Shown: in pieces, positions 1-11,800 of the stretch
Position numbering within the stretch: the first letter of the stretch is position 1
Layout: the number at the start of each line of letters is the position of its first letter
NCBI GenBank assembly: GCA_021432655.1
Contig: MU271292.1
Span: 1 to 64,000 of the forward strand
Length of the DNA: 64,000 nucleotides
Source: Atractiella rhizophila
Taxonomy: Eukaryota
Direction of reading: 5' to 3'
Position numbers and translations under genes: made by a program
Notes under the pieces: model-generated
The model's database searches: none
What the model was told of the DNA's origin: nothing
Seen by the model: only the letters and a program-made list of their open reading frames with translations

Positions 1-95
1 CCCTAACCCTAACCCTAACCCTAACCCTAACCCTAACCCTAACCCTAACCCTAACCCTAACCCTAACCCTAACCCTAACCCTAACCCTAACCCTA
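1..95. repeat. Telomere repeat array (CCCTAA)n, left chromosome end
   Basis: 15 perfect CCCTAA units plus CCCTA starting at base 1, then unique sequence. Confidence 0.98.
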
Positions 96-239
96 GTACT
101 GTTAGTAGTCACAAACAAAATGGTTGTATCATTATCAATAGAGTTCAATCACGGTATTTTACTGCCAGCCTATCCCATCCAATTAGTGTATACCACGAGA
201 AGTGATGAAACATACTAGCAACCAAGCTAGCAAGGGCTT

Positions 240-2075
240 TCAACACCACTTCTTCAGGAAAAAAGCGGAGCTCTCCATCAACTTGGATGAAGTATCCATC
301 ATAAGTCCTTTCCTGTAATAAATTGTGTTCCTGTTACGAAGTAGAAACCTAGAACTTACTACATAAGTCCAGCTCTGTTCACCAATGCCGAAATCAAATC
401 TCGATTTTGATACCAAGCACCTTAGCTGCGCACCAAGCCGTTGTTCCTCTTCAGTCCATTGTGCATAAAAGAGTTGCAAGGTTATTTTGGAGTCTTGGCG
501 TTCAAGGAAACCACGACAGAAATCGAAGCATTCTCCGCAATTGAAGATGCAAAAATACAATCCAAGTATACACAGTTGCTCAGCACTCTGAAGCTGTGAG
601 AAGAAATCATTGGGCAAGACATTGCTATTTTCGTGTCCCCCATCGATTTCCAGTCGGCCAAGAATGTGACAGTTCATTAGGTTCAATGGCTCGCAGAAAA
701 TAACTTTTTCAATATCAAATTTTGAGTAGGCTGGATATCTTATGTCTAGGACTGTGAGAGCTTGTCGCTGATGCGCTAAGAACGGTGCGATTGCTGTAAG
801 CGGCAGTAACTGCACAAAGTGTGCTGTCTGAACTCCAAATTTGATGAGTGAATCCATGAACCACCCACTTCCACATTCAACGTAAAGTTCCTTCAGGTTC
901 ATTGGTGTGAGGTCGTGCTTGGCCGCGATCTCTGAATGAGGAAGAAGTGTGTGCAACAGCATCAATTTGACTGAGACCAGACTTGAGCGCGATTGGCAGC
1001 TCAGCAAAAACTTGAGAACCACGAACTCATCCCAACCCTGTAGTTCCAACTGCTTGATGGTCTTGAGATGAACGAACTCTATAAGCATCCAACGTTCTTC
1101 CTCAACCATCGGATACACTAGAGATAAAAGGGACACAGTCTGATAAGTTTTGAGTGCTGAAACCAACGTATGGAAGGCAACGGCATCCATGTCACGATGA
1201 CGATATTGGAACGCGGACCAACGTCTTTGAAAAACGGGGCACTGCTTCAAATAGTTGAGTTTTTCGTGAGCCGCAGGCGGTTCAGGTGACAATGCCTTCA
1301 GCAGTCGTCGCCAGTCCCTGCAAACTGAACCGTACTTTTGAAACTGTGATCGCCAGTAATCCCAACTTGAATTGCTGGAGTCGGGCTCAAGGAGATTCCA
1401 AAAAATGAGGTCCATCAGCTCTTCCGGCAAAACGAGGATTGATGAAGTTGTCGAAAATGGAGGAGAGTCTTGATCGACTGAGGGAGGTTGTCTACCGCTC
1501 GAAGTGTTCCAGTAGTGGCTTAGGAAATGGGAGGGGGAGGGAGTCACAGGATATTGAGCATGTCCGTCAAGTCTGTGTTCCAACTGAAGGACTACAGATG
1601 AATCGTAATCTATAGCTGGATCAGGTCCAGGGAGATTTATTGGATCGTCAAAGATGTTTTCTGCGTGCGCGAAAGATGGCGCTGTTTGCGTGCGCCTTTG
1701 CGGCGGGTCGTCTTGTGTGACCAATGCACGGTAGTTGGGTACGGAATCAAACGGATCAAATGAAGGAGGTCTGTGATCGTCGGATAGCGGAGGGTCCACA
1801 ATCACGGAATCTGCCGCAAACGGGACTGATGTCGAAACTTCGGATGTGTTGGTGGGAGTTTGAATGCTGGTTGAGTGCGAAATGAAGTTTTGCTGGCGAT
1901 CGTCCTTAAACAAGGCTGTGGCTCTCGAATCTGGTTCCTGAACGTCTGCGCATGGGATTGATGGTTGCTGCTCACTCGCTTCCTGCGAAAAGATGCCAGA
2001 CCAAAGCCCAAAGCTTATGTTAGATGCGATGAAAAGAAGAAAGAGAGACATCATGCCCCCATTGCACAATCCCAC
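240..2075 (-). CDS. F-box protein with LRR-like C-terminal region (last, large exon; true start probably upstream)
   Basis: F-box-like ILVLPEELMDLIFWNLL...SVCRDWRRLL; C-terminal LEIDGGHENSN motif shared with the ORF at 14657-16120; a CTAAC branch site and CAG acceptor near 1983 suggest the first ~31 ORF codons are intronic. Confidence 0.7.
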   Translation of the reverse strand: MGLCNGGMMSLFLLFIASNISFGLWSGIFSQEASEQQPSIPCADVQEPDSRATALFKDDRQQNFISHSTSIQTPTNTSEVSTSVPFAADSVIVDPPLSDDHRPPSFDPFDSVPNYRALVTQDDPPQRRTQTAPSFAHAENIFDDPINLPGPDPAIDYDSSVVLQLEHRLDGHAQYPVTPSPSHFLSHYWNTSSGRQPPSVDQDSPPFSTTSSILVLPEELMDLIFWNLLEPDSSNSSWDYWRSQFQKYGSVCRDWRRLLKALSPEPPAAHEKLNYLKQCPVFQRRWSAFQYRHRDMDAVAFHTLVSALKTYQTVSLLSLVYPMVEEERWMLIEFVHLKTIKQLELQGWDEFVVLKFLLSCQSRSSLVSVKLMLLHTLLPHSEIAAKHDLTPMNLKELYVECGSGWFMDSLIKFGVQTAHFVQLLPLTAIAPFLAHQRQALTVLDIRYPAYSKFDIEKVIFCEPLNLMNCHILGRLEIDGGHENSNVLPNDFFSQLQSAEQLCILGLYFCIFNCGECFDFCRGFLERQDSKITLQLFYAQWTEEEQRLGAQLRCLVSKSRFDFGIGEQSWTYVVSSRFLLRNRNTIYYRKGLMMDTSSKLMESSAFFLKKWC

Positions 2076-2233
2076 AACAAATCATGTGCCATTTTGATGG
2101 ACTCCGCTTGATGTCTGCAAATCGGCGCTGGAGAAGAAATACCTGATGAGATCAGTGTAGTTTCAGATAATACTGCTGCCCTGGTTCGGTGTGGTCGTTG
2201 TCCGGACATTGGATATCAAGTGGCCGACAAACG

Positions 2234-2479
2234 AGCAGACCCGTCGCCCCAGGGGTCGGCGATGTCGGCGTTAAAAACTGCTCCAAAACTGGTGGACCAG
2301 TTTTGTGTGCAAATCCTCGCCTTTTTGAGCTGGCGGCCTCCGGCAGCTTTCGCAAAACCCTCGGGGCGACCAGTTTGCCACGCCAGGTCCAAATGGTTTG
2401 CCTTTCGGTTTTGGGCAATTTCGCGCCCAACACTTGTCGACCAGTTTTAACTCCGACGGGCTGGGGCGACGTGTCTGCT
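2234..2479. mobile_element. MITE-like element with terminal inverted repeats
   Basis: AGCAGACCCGTCGCCCCAG (2234) and CTGGGGCGACGTGTCTGCT (2461-2479) are 18/19 inverted repeats with further imperfect inner pairing; no clear TSD. Confidence 0.45.
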
Positions 2480-3533
2480 ACTCTCGCTCTCAGCCAGTAA
2501 TGAAAGAGTCGAGTTGATGCTCCTCTCCAACCGCGAGCGTGAGGAACTCATGATGCAAGCAGGGTTACGCGCAGCCCCACACCACCTCAAAGAAATCCCT
2601 CAAAGTTCTCCCAAGCGAATCAAAATCTTCATTCACATCAGACCTGCCATCTGCTTCCTGGCGTAAGCCAGTCCTCATATGAGCCTGTGTCCAGAGCGTC
2701 ATCCTCGTGACCTGCATTTAGCCAACTTGAACACTCCGATTAACAATCAATTTATTCTGCTCATTTTCGCTGACACGAACCGGCAGAGTGACTTTGACGT
2801 TTTTACATCCGATTTTCATCTATTTTGACGGATTTTGGCCGCACTCCATCCAATCATTCGACTTCTTGCATCTTTTCAGGACCCGCTAGACGCTTTCACT
2901 TCCTCCCGTGGTTCCTTTGTATCAGTGTTCAGTCAACTCCACAACAATGTTACTCATCTTGGCATAGGTGTTGGCGTGCCTACAGACCCACGTAGATCCA
3001 TGCGCGAATTTCGCCTCAGGCTTTTCCCCTTGTCGGTGTGACGAGTCGAAATTGGCAGCAGACTGTACCTAGAGGAGCACGCTTAGGATGGAACAACACG
3101 GGCCGCGCTCGCAAGTCGTGCTTCCTTCCGAAATCTTCCTCGCTCCAATTTCTGCCCTGCCCCTTCCAAGTTCAGGCCTCCGCCCTGCCTGACGCGGTGA
3201 AACCACCTTTGTGCTGTCGTTGCCGGCTTTTTTTGCTCACTCTTCGACGAATACGGCAGTCTGTTAATTAGTTTCGATTGAATTTGAACTGGACTGACTT
3301 GGATGGAGGTCATGGAAGCCATGGAAAGGTCAGTTTGTGACCTTGTCATGACACACGGTTCATAAATACTGCCTCTCTTCAACCCTTCCATCCATGGTCC
3401 ATCTTCGCTCTTGCTAGTTTCTCTGCTTCCTAATAAACAGCTCGAGGTCTTTATTACCCACTTCAGCTCACAGAGCACATCCTCTTTCCACACTTTTCCA
3501 ACCTTATTATCAAAGACAATTTCGATAGCAACA

Positions 3534-5604
3534 ATGTCAGATCCTGAAAGGGAATCACCTGTGGACGAGAAGAACACTGAGATTGAGAACGCGAAACACA
3601 CTCAGGGTCCCTCGGAAGTAGAGAAGGAGACTATTGAGGACGAGAAGAAACCTGCAGAAGAGAAGAAGCGGAGGTTCGACGTGAGTTTCCACTCAACACG
3701 TCCCTTCCACCTTCTTTTGGCGGAGTTAAAATTCATGATTTTTCCATTGCGAACAGAAAACGTTTGAGAGTAAAGAAAAAGGTCCCAAGCACACACTTAT
3801 CGATATATCGCGGATCGAGCCGAAGGCTGAGGACTTGTACGATAAGGAAAAGGTTGATTTGGAGCAGGTGGGGATGGATGACGTGTGGCAGTTGCTCCAG
3901 TGAGACCCTCCAGTGAGTTTCCGTTCATCATTCTTTCGCAAGAAATGGGAATGGGAGAGTTATTTTTGGTCTCGGTCATTGTTGGTCAATGTGGTCATGA
4001 TGATTTTCCTTTTTGTGTTTAGATGCGACGAGAAGGGATTGACGAACGAGGAGGTCAAACCTGAGGTCAAAACGTCGAACCGAAATCTTCGGACCAAACG
4101 AGCTGGAGTCGAAGGAACAGAACGCTTTCCTCCAATTCCTTTCATTCATGAGGAACCCTCTCTCCTGGGTCATGGACGGAGCCACTTTAGTCGCCATCGC
4201 TCTCTCGAACGGCGGAGGTAGCGCTCCGGATTGGCAAGACTTCGTCGGAATTGTCCTTCTCCTTTTCGTTAACTCAACCATCGGTTTCTACGAAGAACGC
4301 TCCGCCGGGAGCGCTGTCAAAGCTCTCATGGAATCTTTGGCTCCTAAGGCGAAGGCGAAGAGGAACGGCGAGTGGAACGAAATCGAGGCTTCTGAGCTTG
4401 TACCTGGAGACGTTGTTTCCTTCAGAAGCGGTGACATTGTCCCCGCTGACTGCCGTCTGTACGATGCCATCGAGGTGTCTTGCGACCAAGCTGCTTTGAC
4501 CGGTGAATCTCTTCCTTCCAACAAGGTCGTCGGAGACCAGTGTTTCTCCGGATCCGTCTGCAAGTCTGGAGAGGCTGAGGGTGTCGTCATCTCGACCTGT
4601 GCCAACACTTTCTTTGTTAGTCTTTCCTTGCTCACTTTACTCATTTACTGAGTTATCCTGTAATGAATAGGGAAAGGCAGCCACTCTTGTCGGAGCCGAT
4701 GATACCACAGGGCATCTTCAGAAGATTCTTGGTCAAATTGGATCTTTCTGCTTGGTTTCGATTGAATTTTCGTCATCGCCGAAATTTTCGTGCTTTACGC
4801 TGGTTTCCGGTTAGTAGTCTGATCCCCCAATCGTGAATAGTTTCTAAGATGTTGTGCAGCTACTCTTACCGCCGTGGTCTCAACAACATTCTCGTCCTCT
4901 TGATCGGTGGTATTCCCATCGCCATGCCCACTGTCTTGTCTGTCACGCTCGCCGTCGGAGCTCAGCAGCTCGCGAAGTACAAGGCGATTGTAACCCGTAT
5001 CACTGCTATTGAGGAGTTGGCTGGTGTCACCATCCTTTCTGGTACGCTCACCACCAACAAACTGACCGTCGATCGTTCGACCATCAAGCCCTACAACGGT
5101 CATAGTGCGGACGAGGTCATTCTCTACGCAGCTTACGCTTCGCGAACTGAGAACCAAGATGCCATCGATATGTCGACCATTAGCGCATTGGGTGAAAACG
5201 GAACCGCCAAGGGTCGTGAAGGTATCACTCTTCTCGACTTCAAGCCCTTCAACCCTGTTGACAAGCGAACGGAAATCGCCTACATGATTAACGAGTCCGG
5301 AAAGGTGATGAGAGCCACGAAAGGAATGACCGGAAAGATTATCGAACTTTGCACTAGGAACAAGACGGAGGATGTCGAGAACCAACTCGAGGAAGACGTC
5401 GAGGAATTAGCTCGCCGTGGTCTTCGTGCTCTCGCTGTCGCCATTGAGGAAGTCACCTCTGAAGATAAGGATGGAGAAGGAGACGGATTGGAGCTCATCG
5501 GTCTACTCTCCATCTTTGTCCTCCTCGTCAAGATACCAAGCAAACCATCGATGGAGGCTCTTGTCGGAGTCAAGGTCAAGATGGTTACCGGTGATCAGCT
5601 CGAG
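3534..5604 (+). pseudogene. PMA1: Truncated, frameshifted plasma-membrane H+-ATPase (P3A ATPase) copy
   Basis: [45 protein letters not shown] and KMVTGDQL are present; the phosphorylation motif reads ILSGTLT (DKT missing, ~5040); frameshifts near 4060, 4765 and 5520; homology stops abruptly after TGDQL. Confidence 0.9.
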
Positions 5605-6103
5605 GCCTATTCGTTGTGGGGGTAATCTGTGGTCCGCCACCGATGAAAAGATATTCGCCTAGATCAATACAATCGTCGACAGTTAGACAAAACCTTCGTA
5701 TCAGTTTTCGTCGTTACCTCGAGCCTGTCAGCTAACTTCCTATAGCTTAGTTCGTACCCTTTGATGTACGTTGGCTGCAGCGACACAGGACCGGACATGT
5801 CGACTGAGCAAAAGGTGGGTATCACTGTAACTGGTACGGACTCTTTAGACTTACCAGTCTGTAATCGGATTGACGATCAGGTAAGGTAATGGCGTTGGCG
5901 GTTTCTTTCGCAAGGTTTTCGCGAGGGTTACATGCTCCGCCATTCCAGGGCTGAACGCTTTCATGTTGTCCGCCGAGATACACACCATGACAACCTTTGA
6001 AAACAAATGGATTAGTGCTGGCTGCTTCTAATGAGTAATGAGGGATTGGATTGCAAAGAGAAAAAATCGTAAATATAAACAGAAAGGGTTCACAACCGCT
6101 AAA

Positions 6104-7764
6104 TCAGTCCCTTACACCACGCTCACGTCGGATACAATCCAACATATCGTGATCGGCAAGGATCAGTTCACCATCTACCGCATCGTCGGGTCGCCACAAC
6201 TCCGGACCTTTATTCACGTTTATTGGATATCGCACTTCCCCAATCTTCCCTGCCCAGTCGAAGTCCACTAGCATAACTTGCTTTTCGTCCCGTGACACCA
6301 GGATGTTCGTCTCCGAACATCGCCGTGAACGTAACTTCGCTGGTGCAGTTCGCCTAACCTCCTTTCAATCGTATCAAGCAGCGTGGACGCGGGCGTCGTC
6401 AGCATGGTAAGCCCAATGTATTCCTTCTCCGACAACCAATCCATCACTACCATCTTCCAGCCACCAGGGAGCTCTTCAAAACCTCGAAGCTTTGGCGCAA
6501 ATCCTAGGGAAGCGCATATCAAATGGGCCTCTTTCGAATACTGGCGAGCAAACTTGACACAAAGTTCCGACCGTTCTGATTGGTTGCAGAGGAAGACTAG
6601 CTTTTGATCGTGGGGCTGGGATATGTAATCGAAATTTAAGGGATCACCTCCTTCGAGAGGAGTGAACGTTGTTCGATATGGATACAGTTGGGGTTGGCGT
6701 GCTGTCAAATGCGTTGTGTCGGTTTCGACGTCTCGATAGTATTGGTCCAGGAGGTTTACCGTCTTTCTGAATGCCGCAAGATGGCGAGCCACCGTCCTCC
6801 GTGCATTCGTGTCCGTAGGGTGGTGATGCAGTGGGAGAGCAAAGGATAACGTCTGGATGACAGGGCGCAAATTCCACACTGCACCAGCAAACGAGATATA
6901 AGGCCCTATTGTGATTGGCTGAATTGATCAATTTCTACTAGGACGAACCAATGCAACTGACCGAATAGAAGGATAAACATACAGGGCAACGACGAGTGTT
7001 GCAGTCTAACTGCGTGATCTCTGGTCGACTCGAAGTAGTCTAAAATCCCCTGAGCGTACGGCTCGGCACCAGTTTTTCCGATTTCGTTCTTGAACTCTGC
7101 AATAGCGTAGCGCAAGCCTGCCCCAGATATATCGCCATCCGTCCTGTACCTATTGATATCGCTCGGGACGAGATGAATACCGTGAGTTCTGAAAACGCGA
7201 CGAATTGCATGTGCACGTCTATCTTCGTTCGGATAGAGGTCTGACATGACGGAGCAGAGCTCTATAGTGAGGTCGCTGTCTTCTTTGGTCACTTCGTGAT
7301 TCTCGCAATCGTCGAGAAATGTCCCGAAAACAGCGTGTAAGAGTGTGGGAGGAATCGTTGCAGTGACGATATCAGAGCGGTAGCAATAGATCATCGTTTC
7401 GGGAGACATCTGGCGAATCATGAACTCTTCCAACCTCGAGGCTGCAGATGGGTTTTCGCTCATATTTGCCCTAATAAAGGCGGATCTCCGTGCTCCGACA
7501 TTATGTTGCTCAAGGGAACGGCCAGGGGATCCACACGTAATCGTACGAAATAATAAATTAGGAGCGAAGGTTCAGTCATCCATCGGAAGAACAGGTTGAT
7601 AACGATGGCTCACTAGAGGGAGGGGCATCGGCCACGATGTGAACATGGTCGAAAACTGGTAAGTTGTCGAAGAAGAGACTAGACAGCAGGTCGGTGACAA
7701 GCAAAGGCCCATTTTCCTCAAACTTTAGCTTCTTCACATCTTCTTCAAAGTCTTCGTGGTCAGA
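6104..7764 (-). pseudogene. Crinkler-like N-terminal fragment + PD-(D/E)xK-like domain + fungal protein kinase, disrupted
   Basis: Kinase motifs CVKFARQYS, GFAPKL, YVHGDVR and LVDFDWAG with a frameshift at ~6310; TDG...IAEFKNEIG nuclease-like motif in 6906-7463; upstream exon reads LLSSLFFDNLPVFDHVHIVADAP (CRN HVLV-like) and is cut off by the repeat array. Confidence 0.65.
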
Positions 7765-8063
7765 CTTGCTTCGGCGAAGCCAGTTCGCTTCAACGAAGTG
7801 CAGTTCGCTCTAGCGAAGCCAGACTTGCTGGGAAGGTGAGTTTGCTCCTGCGAAGCCTGGCTCGCTCCGGCGAAGTGCAGTTCGCTCCTGCGAAGCCCAG
7901 TTCGCTTCAATGAAGTGCAGTTCGCTCGGTGCAGTTCGCTCCTGTGAAGCCCAGCTTGCTCGGGCGAAGTGCAGTTCGCTCTAGCGAAGGCAGGCTCACT
8001 AGGACGAAGTCAATATGCTCCTGCGAAGCCTGGCTCGCTCCAGCGAAGTGCAGTTCCCTCTAG

Positions 8064-8109
<46 letters not shown>

Positions 8110-8325
8110 GCAGTTTGCTCCTGCGAAGCCTGGCTCGCTCCAGCGAAGTGCAGTTCCCTCTAGTGAAATCAGTTCGCTCCTGCAAAGCCCAGCTCGCTCG
8201 GGCGAAGCCAGTTCGCTTCAGTGAAGTCTGGCTCGCTCCGGCGAAGTGCAGTTCGCTCTAGCGAAGCCAGGCTCGCTGGGCCGAAATCACTTCGCTCCTG
8301 CAAAGCCTGGCTCGCTCTGGTAACC
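7762..8325. repeat. GC-rich minisatellite (GCGAAGTGCAGTTCGCTC / GCGAAGCCTGGCTCGCTC units) containing an A44 run
   Basis: About 20-bp degenerate units repeated in tandem; A-run at 8064-8107. Confidence 0.9.
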
Positions 8326-8474
8326 TCCTGTTCACTGCAGCAAAACTGGAGTGCAGATGCAAAGCCAGTCTCACTCTCACAACCTCGTGCTTACTTCAGC
8401 TAAACCAGGAGTGCTGAAGCGAAGACGGTCTCGCTCCACCAAAGTCCTGTTGGCATTTGTGAAACCAGGACTGC

Positions 8475-8775
8475 TGCAAACTCGCATTTGGATTCACGTC
8501 ACAAGTTTGCTCTCTCACGAGTTTGCAGTCTTACAAGTTTGCTCTCTTGCGTTTGCATTCCCGCTCATTTGCTGTCTCATGGGTGTGCTCTCTCACGTTT
8601 GCAGTCTCGCGAGCTTGCTATTTCGCGAGTTTGTTGCAGTCTTGCGAGTTTGTCACAGTCTTGTGAGTTTGCATTCTCGCTAGTTTGCTCTCTTGTGTTT
8701 GCTGTCTCGCTAGTTTGCTGTCTCGCGAGTTTGTTGCTGTCTCGCGAGTTTGTGGCTGTCTCGCGAGTTTGCAAC
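8475..8775. repeat. Second degenerate minisatellite (TCTCGCGAGTTTG-type units)
   Basis: Repeated GTCTCGCGAGTTTG/TCTCGCTAGTTTG variants. Confidence 0.8.
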
Positions 8776-8849
8776 CTAGTGTTTGGGTTCACCTTGGTAG
8801 TTTGCTGCCTCCCGAGTTGGCCGTCTCGCTGGGTAGATAACAAGTGAAG

Positions 8850-11800
8850 TCAGAAGGCAAAAGAAGGAAGTGGCCCTGCATGGGGCCGGCGACGTAGAGG
8901 AGAAAAACGGTGGGAGAGGCTGATAGGGAAGGGTTGGTTTGTTGGCTCGAGGAAGGGGCTGAGGCAATAGAAGAACCACCTAATAGCTGGGAGCAGCATG
9001 TGAACGATTTGCCGACGAATAAGCAAGAGGAGTTGACGGTCCAAGCGAAGCTGCCAGATAAAAACAACAAACTAGCAGTGTCAAAGAAGCACCAGCGAGA
9101 GAAGATGTTGGGCTGCCAGCTATCTCCCCAGTAGCCGATCTTCTGCTTTCCACCACCTTACCCACCTCTCCCCTTTCCAGCCAACCGCGACAACAATTCT
9201 ACCCATTCTCCGATCCTACTTCGTAGCTTCCAGCTCGGCAACCCGATGCCCTATCTGGTCAACAACAGGCGACATTGCAAGGCTCGACCTTCCTCTCCTC
9301 TGTCCCCGAACCCGATTTAGACCTTTCAAAAATGCCCTCGTAGCTGATGTCCGAAATTTGTCGCTGAATGAAGCGGATGAGGAGTCAGAGATGGATTGAC
9401 TCCTGGGGCACAATCAGGTTCGAGAGAAACCGGTCACGAGCAATAGCAGGGGATCCAGCGATCTGCTTGGTCCTTCCTATTCTCAACCAAAGCTCTACCC
9501 GGCTGTCAACATGCTCACCGTCCTCCGAGAGCCCCATTCCCAGAATCCTATGAATGTGAAATGGCAGTATCGCGATCCCAAGGGCCAAGTGTAAGGACCA
9601 TTCAGTACAACGCAGATGTAGGATTGGTATTGGTGCTCCTATTTTCCGGAGGGTGAGCGAGTGGGAGAAGGTTCTGTGCGACTTGTGGACTTTATTACGA
9701 GGGTGGGAAACAACGAAGAACCGTTTTTCAAGCTGGTCCCGCCGATTCAGATCGGGTCGTCAGATGAGGACTTCTGGGCTGGGCGAGAAATGATGCTGAT
9801 GCACAATGCTCCGATTGAGGATGCGCGCGCAGTTTGAGAGGGGAGAGACGAGGCAGCGATCTGTTGCTCGAAGAAGGAGTTTCGATAGCTAGAAGAGAAG
9901 GAGTGCGAGTCGCAGAGAGGTTTATGAGATGGAAGGACGAGAAGGATCGGAGTTGGATTAGCAGACAAATCTTTGTTAGAGCAGTTCCGGCAACAACAAT
10001 CTGCCTCTATCTTTGCCGGTTACGACACGTTTGGAATACCAGCAAATGCAGCAGCAACAGCAAAAGGAGATCCAAGCTCTATTGCAACATAAGACCTCTC
10101 CCCCGTAGTATGTCTATCCGCCATGCCCGGCAGGGAACCATTCTCTCCTGAGCTTCAGCAAGGAGAACCATGGAGGAGAGCTGGAGGATTAGAGCCGATG
10201 AGGAGGGGCAGTGTAGGCCTGTCAAATGGACGGCGGGATGTTCAGGACCTGGAGATGTCGCTTTTTGGCGGCACAAGCGCAACAACGGTTAAACGGAGCG
10301 GGAGTATATGGGACCCAGCAGCAATCTCTCGCTTCGAGTCAGCAGGCCGATCTCCTCGCTGCCCTTGGCGTCGCGTCAGTTCAACAGGAGCGCGAGCGAG
10401 AACGCCAGAATCTTCTTCGCGAATATGCTCAGCAACATCACCAATTGCGCCTTCCCTTGAACGACTCTCTCGCTTCTACATCCCCTTCAACCCCATGTTT
10501 CTCATCCCACACACTCGCAAGGTGTGACGGGTCCCACGTCGCCAGGGTTATTTGATCGATTCCCTCAACACTCTCCCTGCTGCCCTTTCCCCCGAATGGG
10601 CTTTAACGGCTCAAAAACAGTCCACACCTATGACGAGCCCAAGTGGACCCTGGTCCCAGGTGCTTCCTGCTCACAGGTTTCGATCCTTTGCGAACCCTGC
10701 CTAGCTTGCTGTGGAATCAAAAGAGAGGGGAATGAGGGCTTTGCAGCTCTTGCTGGCACCAGTGCAGATGTAATTCACGAGCCCCCATTCCCTGGTTTAC
10801 GTGAGCTTAACTCTTCCCCTGCCGAATTTGAACAGCCACTCCAACCTCAGCGCCACCAGTTCGCCCAGGAAGACGAGTCCATCATACCGTCTTAGATACA
10901 CCACAGCAAGCAGACGTCACCGTTGCACAACCCTCGCTGGCCAGACTAAGAGATTCGGCAAATATCCACAGCTCCGATGCGCCCCCTTGAAGCAGAAGAG
11001 GATCAGGATCGTGGCAATCTGTGGCCGTGAGGACACACCCAAAGCTCGTTGTCCACCACCATCATACCCAATTCCTGAGCTTGTACCGCCACAATTTACG
11101 CCTGGAAAGGCATCCATCCTCACTCCGGCACAATTCGAAGCCGTCAAATCTTCCAGCATCGCCCAGCCTTCAAGCACTACCTTCTTCCACGAACAACGTT
11201 GAACCGCACTAGCCGCATCTATTCCTAAGCCTGCGCCGTGGGTAAAGGAGGAAGACTGAACCGCTCCTTCGCTAAAACAAATTCAGGAGGCTGAAACGAA
11301 GGTAGCCAAAGCGCGCAAAGAGCGGAGAGGCAGGCTCAGATGTTACAGTATCAACCGCACGCGCTCGTGGAGCCGTTGGCTGTTGAGCATGCTGCATTGG
11401 CAAAGGAAGCGGAGTCCTTACCCTTATCAAGCACTTGGGGGTCAGATGGTGATGCAAAAGGAGGTGTGGGCTGGGCTAAGTCGACAGGTTCTGGACCACA
11501 GCGGACGAAGAGTCTAATGGAAATCCAGCAGGAAGAAGAAATGAAGAAAAGAGGATAGCTGCTCAACAGGCTCAGGCTTCGGCAACCGCAAATCAACTTA
11601 GTCCACCTCAGCGTGCTTATGCTTCCAGTGCAGCCAAGGCTGCCCAAAAGGCTAGCCAATTCTCCTCATTTGCGTATGATTTTGCTCATGTCGAGTGCAA
11701 TGCTCGTCACCCGCCAAACGAACTGGTACAGTTCCAAGATCCCTTGTATTGGTCCGAAACTTTCAACAAAGGCGCCTCCCAAGCCAACTACCCCGTCCTC

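Noticed and set aside
7969..8224. Poly-lysine ORFs
   Set aside because: Produced by the A44 run inside a minisatellite
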